Shown: positions 53,807 through 64,000 of the stretch, piece by piece
Layout of the letters: every line of letters begins with the position of its first letter
Numbering within the stretch: the stretch's first letter is position 1
Assembly (NCBI GenBank): GCA_038087875.1
Contig: CM075988.1
Span: 8,930,001-8,994,000 of the forward strand
Direction: 5' to 3'
From: Malacoraja senta
Lineage: Eukaryota
Length of the DNA stretch: 64,000 nt
Program-made: the position numbers and the translations under genes
The notes under the pieces: generated by a model
What the model was told of the DNA's origin: nothing
Databases searched by the model: none
What the model saw: the letters and a program-made list of their open reading frames with translations, nothing else

Positions 53807-55961
53807 TTAGACTCTACAAATTAATAAGTTCATATGGTTATGACATGGGTGGCTTTCCCTTGTTACGGGATGAACCAGTAAATCTGGTCTATGCCAGATG
53901 GTGATGCATGGTTCTAATACCATGTCGAATATCACAGGGAACCATGGTTGAGCAGGCCAATCGGGTACTACCAAAATACCAGACGCAGAGTCTTGCTGTA
54001 TTTTCCTTAATACCCGACTGATGAGGCAGAAAGGAGGGAATGCATAAATAAACAATTTCCCCCCAATGCAGCGAAAATGCATCTGTCGCCGCTGCCCCAG
54101 GATCTGGTTCCCATGAAACATAGTTTGATAACTGGTGATTAAGCCTGGATGCGAATAGATCGATATCTGGTGTTCCATACCATGCTGTAATATCAGCAAA
54201 TACTTTTTTATCCAACATCCATTCGGTATTTTCATTAAATTTGCGTGACCTGGTGTCTGCCACTGAATTTAGTTTACTTGGTAGGTAAGTGGCTGATATC
54301 CAAATATTTTTCTGGATACACCATTGCCAAATTGTGTTGGCCTGCTTGTCACATGATATCGATTTGTTTCCACCCATGTGGTTGATATATGCTACCACCG
54401 TGGTATTGTCAATCTGTAGTCTAACATGCTGGTGACATAACCCAGAACAATATGACTTTAGGCCCTACAGCTGGAGATGGAATTGGTAGCACCCCAACCA
54501 AGTGCACTGGCATCCGTTTGTAGCACCATAGAAGGGTTGCTGATAACGATTGGATTGGAACAATGCTGACTGTTATCTGTCCACCATTTTAGTTCCATTA
54601 TGGCTTCGATTGGTAGCTTCATTAGTCTGTCAAAATGACCAGCATTAACTTTGAGTGCTCGTATTTTTGCCCTCTGTAAATTTTGATAATGTAAAGGTCC
54701 AAATTGTGTGGCTGGAAAGGCAGCCACTATTTTGCCAATTATTCTTGCTACCAATCTGATGGATGGTTTACTGATGAGGGTATTGCAAGCCTCTATTAAG
54801 GCTATAGCCTTTTCCTTAGGCAAAGTCACCAACATGTGAACTGAGTTAATGGTGAACCCCAAATAATCCATTGTGGTGGAAGGGTTTAATTTAGATTTAA
54901 CTGGATGGATGATAAACCCATTTTTTAAATAATTGTTTTGTGGCTGTTACCGTTTCTTTGGCCAATTCCAAAGTTTTGCCCACAATGAGGATGTCATCTA
55001 GTTATGCCATCACCATGTGTTTTTGTTTCCGCAGAAACGATAGAGCTGGTTTCAAAATTTTAGTGAACAGCCTAGGGGCTGAGGTTAGCCCATTTGGTAG
55101 TACTCTGTACTGCCAGAGCTGTCCCATCCAGTTGAATTTTAAATAACATCCGTGGTCACCTCGTATAGGGACTGAATAGTAAGCATCTTTTAAATCGATG
55201 CTAGCCATGAAGTAACCTTTGGAAATCAATTGTTTAGCAGTAACAAAGGTTTCCATTGTGAAATGAATATATTGTACAAAAGTATTCAAATTTGTCAAAT
55301 CTATGATGATGCGACAACACCATCTTTTTTGTTTTTTGGTAAAGATATTGGACACAAATTCCAGCGATTCGTGTTGGGTTTTTTCAATTAGCCGTTTTGC
55401 GTAAAGCCGCTCCAGTTCAGCATGTGCTTCTGATTTTTCTTTACCTGAAAGTACGAACATTCGGTTCGGTACATGCTGAACTGGAGGGCTATGTTTGTGT
55501 ATAAATTCTATGGTATATCCCTGGATACTGCTTAAAATATAAGTGTCTGTAGTTAACATACTCGATTCATCCAGAAAGAAGTGTAATCTCCCACCAACCT
55601 CCATACTCCCTGCAATTCGTAAGGAACCAGACCCACCTACCTCCATAGTTACCAGTGGCTGGTTTACTTCCTTTTGTGAATCCTTCATGGAGGTTGAGGC
55701 GCTGGCGTCTGGGTTTGTGGTTGGGTTGGCGTTGGGGGTTTGCGCATCTTCCACGAAGGCCGGTCTGGGCCATGGCCTAAAAAGACCCATGTGCAGTGTA
55801 CCTGGCCTTTGAGCTTTCACCAGTTTGTCTTGTTCTACTGGTGGGTGCATAAGGGTGCTGTTTATGACCATAGTAGGGTTTTGATGATGTCGCTTTGATG
55901 AGCCCCAGGGTTTTTGCCTCCTCATCGAGCTCTTTGACTTGTTTGGATAGGTTACCTCCAA
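53807..55961 (-). pseudogene. DIRS RT, RNase H and Dam-like methyltransferase domain, frameshifted
   Basis: VGGRL, RIIIDL, SIDLKDAY, LPNGLTSAPRLFTK, YLGF, TDASALGWGA, NSVADTRSR, DIDLFASRLNHQL, YAFPPF, PDWPAQPWFP. Confidence 0.92.
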
Positions 55962-56898
55962 ATAGTAAAATTGGTGGTTTTATGTTGCCAGGTTTGCACA
56001 GACCTGCAAATTTTGGGTTTAAAGCAGGTCGAATGGCACTCTTCCTGATGACGTTAATTTCGTATTGTGTATTACAGAGCAGTGCCAGTGCATCCTGTTG
56101 ATCCTGCGACATCTCCTTTTCATCTACTGTCCGGGCGAAAGCTGTTGTTCCCGTTGTTAGGAGCTTTAGTACTTTTTGGAGTTTGACATCCATGCCTCTA
56201 ACTCCTGCTCCGACGTGTTTCCATATGCAATTATTTACAATGGGAACATTCAGGGATGTACAGTTCCCAGGTGGCAAATGTCTTGCCGTGGTGTCCAATA
56301 TAGCCTGTTCCTGTAGCTGCTTAAATTACATATAGTCAATACTGGCAGCTAGTTTCGGTTCCAGGTTTCAGCCAGTTTGGTCTGGCTGTACGAATTGGGA
56401 CACCATGTCCAGTAGATTTTGGTCTTCCTGCACCCCATCGCACACTTGATGTTTGTTCTGGAAACCCCTCTTCAGGGTCAGCCCAGAATTGTCCCCCAGT
56501 ACTCCCCTCTGACGAGGGAGATGCACTGTGCAGACCTACAAGAGGTGCTGCTGTGGGTGTATTAAATTCCCACAGTGACTAGACTCCATCTCCCGGAGCC
56601 TGTCACGTTGGAGCATTTGCTCCATATGCCGCTCCATCCGGCTCCAGCGTTCAAGGTCGCTGGCCGCTCGCGGCTGCTCAAAGTCGGACTCATCCGAGTC
56701 AACGACTCTATTAGACTTTTGTATTGCCTTCCCGCCCGGCCGCGGTGTAGATCTGGCCGGTGCGGGGCCGAAGTCGGGCACAGCTGTTCCCATTACGGGT
56801 GATTCATGTGCCGCTGGCCGCTGCTGACTGCCCGCAACTCCGCGGTCCTCCCTCGCCAGCTTTGGAGCAGCCTTCTTGGTTTTCCTCGTTTTGTCCAT
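55777..56898 (-). pseudogene. DIRS ORF1 (gag-like), frameshifted
   Basis: ORFs 56536-56898 and 55777-56298; first ORF position downstream of the left ITR. Confidence 0.7.
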
Positions 56899-57754
56899 TG
56901 GAGTCTACACCTGTAAAACAGTATGTAGAACAAAAAAAGAACGCAGAGTATCACTTACCTGCAGTTCCTGGCTTTTGAATTTTGCCGCTGAGGGGAAACG
57001 TCGTTCCACCCGTGTGACTGTTTCGCAATGCGTGTAGCGATATGACACGCATGCGTCCTGGCGGGGTTCTTCACGTAGTCACTCACGTGACTCCGAAGTA
57101 AAATCCAGACATCATTCTGGTAACATGTTGTCTCGGGAGAGTTAACTGCAAGCCTACTGAAGATAAAGTAATCCAAGCACCTCTCCAAAAGGAGGAATGA
57201 CTTCACAATGTGGGGCCCTGGCATAGCATTCATCTCCGGACCACAGGGATGAATCAAGGCAGGAAATGCCCTGATCACATTTTCTGCATGACACAAAATG
57301 GCAGGATAAATGTATTTGTTCTGTTTCACTCCAGACACGCCACTTACATCAAACTGTGGAAAAAGAAGCCATGCAATCATATTTTCAGACAAAGGTTGCT
57401 CATTGCTGATCCCCAGTAGGTAGTTACACCTCACTGGATTAGAAACAACAATAGGATTCCTGTCTTATTTTAAACAACCATCAACATTGATTACATTTTT
57501 TTAATAGGCAGTTACATAACTGGTTGAAAACAAGTTATTAAACATCAAGGGGAAAAAGCAAGAGACTGTCTTGTAGAAAAAACTTGCTTAGGCTTGCTGG
57601 ACTACATAGCTAATTTGTCTTTTGATTTGGTACAATTTTATGTTGGATAGTGGAGGATGTTCTTAATGAGCAGGCACTACAAGCTCACCAGTCAGCAAAA
57701 AATCATTTTGGGGGAATTTTATTGATATTTTGCAAGCTGTATTTATAATACAAG

Positions 57755-58370
57755 GGCAGCACAGTGACACAGCTGGTAGAGGCTGCTGCCTCACAGTGCC
57801 AGCGACATGGGTTCCTTCCTGACTTTGGGCCTTGTCTATGTGGAGCTTGCACGTTCTCCCTGTGACCATGCGGGTACCGCCCCATGCTCCAGTTTGTTCC
57901 CTCATTCCAAAATCCTGCAGGTTTGTAGGTTAATGGCCTCTGTAAAAAAAATTGGCCCCAGCATGTAGGGAGTGGATACATTATCATCATCATCGTTGAA
58001 AACATCAACGGGCACGGTGCCTTACAATGCTGTGTACGACAATGTTCGCAACTTCTACTGAAGTGAGGATGGCTGTTGGTTTGCACGGAGCTCGTCCGCC
58101 CTTTGATAGGTTTTGGTTTTGGTCCTGCTGGGGGTCCACAGCCCCCTCCTCACCTGGCAAACCAGGTGGGGGAGATGGTATAGTGGCCGACTATCCGACT
58201 ATGTAGCAGGTAACACGGGATTACATGGTACACGTGGCAGTGGGAACTTCCCCCCGACCTCACCTTAGTGGATACGGAAGCGGGCAAACATTGAATTAGT
58301 GTGATTGGGTGATCGATGGTCAGCATGGACTCAGTGGGCCAAAGCACCTGTTTACATGTTGTATCTCTAA
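57755..58370 (+). mobile_element. HE1-like SINE split by an unidentified insertion (about 57983-58290)
   Basis: Head at 57755-57980, tail at 58290-58370. Confidence 0.65.
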
Positions 58371-58669
58371 AAAAAATAGTTCTGTTTACCTCAATGTTTC
58401 TGCTGTCTTGACCAAACCCTGATGATGCACTCAGCTATGGTGGCCACCTGTGCTGAATACTCTAATGTGCCATAGTCTAGACATGCATGGTGAAATTCCA
58501 AAGGTGCGGCTTCTCATTCCTATTGAAGTTGACCAAGTCATTGCCATCAGGAGAAAAATGAGAAATATAGATGTATTTATTATGTTGTATATGAATGCTA
58601 ATTATTCCGCGTCCTTTGTATGGTACCCCAGGTTGTATGAACATAGCTGAGTGATAGATAATCAATAGA

Positions 58670-60875
58670 TACATAGATACATAGAAAATAGGTGCAGGAG
58701 TAGGCCATTCGGCCCTTCGAGCCTGCACCGCCATTCAATACGATCATGGCTGATCATCCAACTCAGTATCCCGTACCTGCCTTCTCTCCATACCCCCTGA
58801 TCCCTTTAGCCACAAGGGCCACATCTAATTCCCTCTTAAATATAGCCAATGAACTGGCCTCAACTACCCTCTGTGGCAGAGAGTTCCAGAGATTCACCAC
58901 TCTCTGTGTGAAAAAGTTTTTCCTCATCTCGGTCTTAAAGGATTTCCCCCTTATCCTTAAGCTGTGACCCCTTGTCCTGGACTTCCCCAACATCGGGAAC
59001 AATCTTCCTGCATCTAGCCTGTCCAACCCCATAAGAATCTTGTACGTTTCTATAAGATCCCCTCTCAATCTCCTAAATTCTAGCGAGTATAAGCCAAGTC
59101 TATCCAGTCTTTCTTCATATGAAAGTCCTGACATCCCAGGAATCAGTCTGGTGAACCTTCTCTGCACTCCCTCTATGGCTATAATGTCCTTCCTCAGATT
59201 TGGAGACCAAAACTGTACGCAATACTCCAGGTGTGGTCTCACCAAGACCCTGTACAACTGCAGTAGAACCTCGCTGCTCCTATACTCAAATCCTCTTGCT
59301 ATGAAGGCCAACATACCATTCGCTTTCTTCACTGCCTGCTGCACCTGCATGCCTACTTTCAATGACTGGTGTACCATGACACCCAGGTCTCGCTGCATCT
59401 CCCCATTTCCTAATCCGCCACCATTTAGATAATAGTCTGCCTTCCCGTTTTTGCTACCAAAGTGGATAACCTCACATTTATCCACATTATACTGCATCTG
59501 CCAAACATTTGCCCACTCACCCAGCCTATCCAAGTCACCTTGCAGTCTCCTAGCATCCTCCTCACAGCTAACACTGCCCCCCAGCTTAGTGTCATCCGCA
59601 AACTTGGAGATGTTGCTTTCAATTCCCTCGTCCAGATCATTAATATAAATTGTAAATAGCTGGGGTCCCAGCACTGAGCCTTGCGGTACCCCACTAGTCA
59701 CTGCCTGCCATTGTGAAAAGGACCCGTTTACTCCTACTCTTTGCTTCCTGTTTGCCAGCCAGTTCTCTATCCACATCAATACTGAACCCCCAATACCGTG
59801 TGATTTAAGTTTGTATCCTAATCTCTTATGTGGTACCTTGTCGAAAGCCTTCTGAAAGTCCAGATACAACACATCCACTGGTTCTCCCCTATCCACTCTA
59901 CTAGTTACATCCTCGAAAAATTCTATAAAATTCGTCAGACACGATTTACCTTTCGTAAATCCATGCTGACTTTGTCCAATGATTTTACCACTTACCAAAT
60001 GTGCTGCTAATACCATCTTTAATAACTGACTCTAGCAGTTTCCCCACTACCGATGTTAGACTAACTGGTCTGTAATTCCCCGTTTTCTCTCTCCCTCCCT
60101 TCTTAAAAAGTGGGGTTACGTTTGCTACCCTCCAATCCTCAGGAACTACTCCAGAATCTAAAGAGTTTTGAAAAATTATCACTAATGCATCCACTATTTC
60201 TGGAGCTACTTCCTTAAGTACTCTGGGATGCAGCCTATCTGGCCCTGGTGATTTATCGGCCTTTAATCCATTCAATTTACCCAACACCACTTCCGGATAA
60301 CCTGGATTTCACTCAGTTCCTCCATCTCCTTTGACCCGCGGCCCCCTGCTATTTCCGGCAGATTATTTATGTCTTCCTTAGTGAAGACGGAACCAAAGTA
60401 GTTATTCAATTGGTCTGCCATATCCTTGTTCCCCATGATCAATTCACCTGTTTCTGACTGCAAGGGACCTACATTTGATTTAACTAATCTCTTTCTCTTC
60501 ACATATCTATAAAAACTTTTGCAGTCAGTTTTTATGTTCCCTGCCAGTTTCCTTTCATAATCTATTTTCCCTTTCCTAATTAAGCCCTTTGTCCTCCTCT
60601 GCTGGTCTCTGAATTTCTCCCAGTCCTCTGGTATGCTGCTTTTTCTGGCTAATTTGTACGCATCATCTTTTGCTTTGATACTATCCCTGATTTCCCTTGT
60701 TATCCACGGATGCACTACCTTCCTTGATTTATTCTTTTGCCAAACTGGGATGAACAATTTTTGTAGTTCATCCATGCAGTCTTTAAATGCCTTCCATTGC
60801 ATATCCACCGTCAACCCTTTTAGAACTAATTGCCAGTCAATCTTGGCCAATTCACGTCTCATACCCTCAAAGTTG
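58670..60875 (-). mobile_element. Relatively young 5'-truncated CR1/HER1 LINE
   Basis: Long RT frame 58763-60016 (QHGF, LDFQKAFDKVPH, GVPQGSVLGP, KFADD), two upstream frameshifts, tatctatg-type tail, possible TSD caataga (58663-58669, 60876-60882). Confidence 0.95.
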
Positions 60876-61989
60876 CAATAGAAGCAGGCTCAGAAAAAAT
60901 CCTGTAAAACCCCAGTAAATGCAGCGGTATTATAAACGATTAGAAGATAGCTAATTCTGAATTTCATCATTACATTGATTTCTAAACTGTGACAAATTTA
61001 GCCTGTAGTTCTTGAGTCACTGTGCTGAAATGGGGTTAGAAAATCAAGACACCTAATCTAAGCTGTCCAAAGGCTTCCTCTGAGAATGAGAAAAAAAAGC
61101 ACAGCATCTTTCCTGAGTCGCACTCTATAGGAACACTAATCACACATATGACTGATTTTGTCTCCTGAACAGACAAACCAGTGATGTGCCCATTTTATGG
61201 AAAATCATTTTTGATCAATATCCAACCAATATTCCAATATGCAGATCATGGGTTGCAGCTACACTGTAAAGAAGGGAATGAAATGTTATATGTTGAGCCC
61301 ATCCTCTCTGGACCTATGTCTATACTGTGAGTATCTTGATCACCCTCCCTTCTTCTCCCCAGAGCAAGGAGCCAGTGAGAAAGCACATTGAAGCAGATCT
61401 AAGTCACTTCCAAAGCAGGAGTTTGATTGATTGATTGAAAGTTACAGCCTGGAAACAGGCCCTTCAGCCCACCAAGTCCATGCAGACAATCGATCACGCA
61501 GTGAGGGAGAGCATGCAGACTCCACACAGGAAGCACCTGAAGTCAGGATTGAACCCAGGTCTCTGACACTGTGAGGCAGCAGCTTTACCAGATGCACTAG
61601 TTGATTTATGTCATAATCAACCTCTTGACGCATTTCATTATGGATCATGCCACCAGGGGCAACATGTCTCGCATCTCCTACACTGGCCATCACCTGGAGC
61701 TGGCAAGATTTGATACAACCATTAGGCTTACAGTACAGAGTGCCCCAGCCTGGCAAAGGCAACATAATTGCATCTTGGCGAGACTAGCAGCATTCTCTAC
61801 TATCATTGTCTTCCTTGTCCAGCTCTGGTATCTCCACTCGTCTGGTGTGGTGAGAGCAAAAACTGATGTGAGCAGCTGTGAAGCGGAGGGTGAACCTTGT
61901 GCCCCAGGTACTATCTATTGGGGTAATACTGGCCGATAAAAACATCCAGCAGCCCAGACTCCCTCAGGTAAAAGAATCTTGAGAACTGT

Positions 61990-62115
61990 TTTAGACTTTA
62001 GAGTTACAGCGTGGAAACAGACCTTTCAGCCCTCCAAGTTTGCACTGACCAGTGATCACCCCATACACTAGCACTATCCTACACACTAGGGTCAATTTGC
62101 AATTTTACCAACGTA

Positions 62116-62147
<32 letters not shown>

Positions 62148-62710
62148 TTATTTATTAGAAGTGCATTACATTACAACCACATACATTAATACTCGTCATT
62201 TGTATCTTCTTACAATTAATGTACTCCCTTTATTTATTTTTTTACACTAGAAAAGGAAAAGATTGAAAGAAAGAAGAAAGTGAAGGAAAAAGTGAAAGTG
62301 TAGAAAAGTGTAGAAAATGTAACAACAAAAAAGGACGAAGACCCTATAAGAGCGAAATTAAAAACAAAAGAAAAAGAGTTAAGAAATAGGCCCTAGGAAA
62401 AAAAAGAGAAAGAGAGAGAGGAAAAAAGAAAAGAAAAAACAAATATTTTTTTGAGCATTACGTAAATAGGACATACCAATTCTTCAACTATCATCCCCCC
62501 TTACCTGACCTCAATTTTTTTATTTTTTTTTAAGCTAATTAACCTACAAACCTGTACGTCTTTGGAGTGTGGGAGGAAACCGGAGCACCCGGGGAAAATC
62601 TACGCAGTCAAGGGAGAAAGCACAATCTGTACTGACACCACCGGTAATCAGGATCGAACCTGGGTCTCTGGTGCTGTAAGGCAGCAACCCTACTGCAGCG
62701 CCACTGTGCC
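61990..62710 (-). mobile_element. HE1-like SINE containing an L1 3'-UTR insertion (62115-62530)
   Basis: SINE halves flank a poly(T)-led segment closely matching 25620-26000. Confidence 0.85.
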
Positions 62711-62768
62711 GTTGAAAAGCATGGCATTCACCAATAGGAAATTCTCCTCCAGATCCACAACCAGCTGG

Positions 62769-62954
62769 TCACATAGTGCTGGAGTAACTCAGCAGGTCAG
62801 GCAGCATCTCTGGAGAACATGGATGAGTGACGTTTTGGCTCAGTACCGCTTCTCCAGACTCACGTGTTCTCCAGCGGTGCTGCCTGACCCACTGAGTTAT
62901 TCCAGCACTTTGTCTTCTTTTATGTAAACCATCATCTCCAGTTCCTTGTTTCTG
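62769..62954. mobile_element. Penelope terminal-repeat foldback insertion
   Basis: Inverted arms; 11-bp TSD caaccagctgg (62758-62768, 62955-62965). Confidence 0.8.
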
Positions 62955-63093
62955 CAACCAGCTGGATTTTGAGCAAAGGGAAATCTTTGCTGGTTATAAA
63001 AATAATCCCACAGAACCATAGGATCATGATGCACAGAAAGGTGCTATTTTAGCCCACCTTGTCCATGCTGACTGTGGTGACCCTCTAAACTAG

Positions 63094-64000
63094 AATAGTA
63101 AGATTAAACGAGAACTTACCTAAGTTTGAAGTTTGATCTTTATTTTATGAGGAGTTACGTAGGTGATTACGTGAAGAAGCCCGTCAGTGCGCCTGCGCGT
63201 CAATCTTCAAAGCAGCGGTGTGAAATCACAAAAAACAAGAACCGAAGTAATATAGTCTCATACTAAAACGAGTAATACAAGAACTTCCATCTGACCTTTA
63301 TGATAGAGGGTAGGGTCGTGGCGGGCATGTAATCACCTACGTAACTCCTCATAAAATAAAGATCAAACTTCAAACTTGGGTAAGTTCTCGTTTAATCTTA
63401 CTATTTTACTTCGGAGTCACGTGAGTGACTACGTGAAGATTTTAAAGCTTTGTGATTTCATGCCGTGGATCAATCCCGGCTTCTCACTGCATAGATTGAC
63501 TCGGAACGAGAATAATCAATCATGCATTCATAATAACATTTGTACCACAAATGCAGTAATTCATTTCACGAATGAAATGAATCAGATCCCCTTTAAACCA
63601 GAGGAATTTACACAGAACTTAAAATAGTTTCTGCAAACAACCCCGCATTAACAATAGGCCGATGGTAAAAATGTTGAAACATCAACTCATTGGACCACCC
63701 GGCGGCTGCGAGGATATGGTCGACGGGGTCGTCTTTTGCCCTGGCCGCCGACATTTCTGCTGCCCTAGTCCAGTGAGACGTAAAAACATAAGTGTTAATA
63801 CCAGCAGCTGTTAAGACTTCTTTTATCCATCTGGAAATAGTCTGTATTGAAACTCTCTTGTGTGGTTTCTTGTGTGTGATCAAAAACCCAGTTTCCGTAT
63901 TCTCAAATTCTTTGTGACCTCAATGTATTGTAATAAATATGTCTTAATACAAAGACATGGATCATTTGGATATGCTGCCAGCATAATTTTAAATCCTGTC
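63094..64000 (-). mobile_element. Second DIRS1 element (3' terminus, ICR, YR C-terminus), continues beyond the window
   Basis: Same terminus aatagtaagattaaacgagaacttacc; ICR about 63327-63440; ORF 63608-63883 TISRW...HWTRAA...AGWS. Confidence 0.92.

Larger units (their letters stand above)
52351..57104 (-). mobile_element. Full-length DIRS1-type tyrosine-recombinase retrotransposon (ORFs decayed)
   Basis: 36-bp ITRs 52423-52458 and 57042-57077; ICR 52566-52677 complementary to both termini; gag-like, RT, RNase H, MT and YR ORFs; inserted in a CR1 fragment. Confidence 0.95.

Noticed and set aside
53807..54398. Bacterial-type DNA adenine methyltransferase or contamination
   Set aside because: It is the known MT-like domain that follows RNase H in DIRS1 elements
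44500..64000. Neighbouring host gene such as NRGN
   Set aside because: No recognisable exon found by eye; short exons could have been missed

Overview
Eukaryotic genomic DNA, very likely from a cartilaginous fish (skate/ray/shark), inferred from abundant HE1-like tRNA-derived SINEs, HER1/CR1 LINEs and Penelope repeats. One host gene is supportable: the 3' part of SPA17 (sperm protein Sp17) on the + strand. Six phase-compatible GT-AG exons (1394-1464, 11496-11585, 18198-18296, 28739-29245, 32478-32584, 43797-44484) encode the end of the RIIa/DD region, an IQ motif, and large acidic repeat-rich extensions that are absent from the 151-aa human protein. The rest is mostly transposable elements. 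These include a complete DIRS1 tyrosine-recombinase retrotransposon (52351-57104) and a second one running off the window, a class-I-like ERV remnant with a tRNA-Ser primer binding site, solo LTRs, L1, CR1 and Rex1 LINEs, and head-to-tail non-autonomous Helitrons. Also present are a TIR transposon with a 7-bp TSD, a Harbinger-type MITE, and many short Penelope-derived foldback insertions carrying hammerhead-ribozyme-like cores and 9-18 bp TSDs. There is one 200-N assembly gap. All calls come from reading the sequence; no database searches were run.
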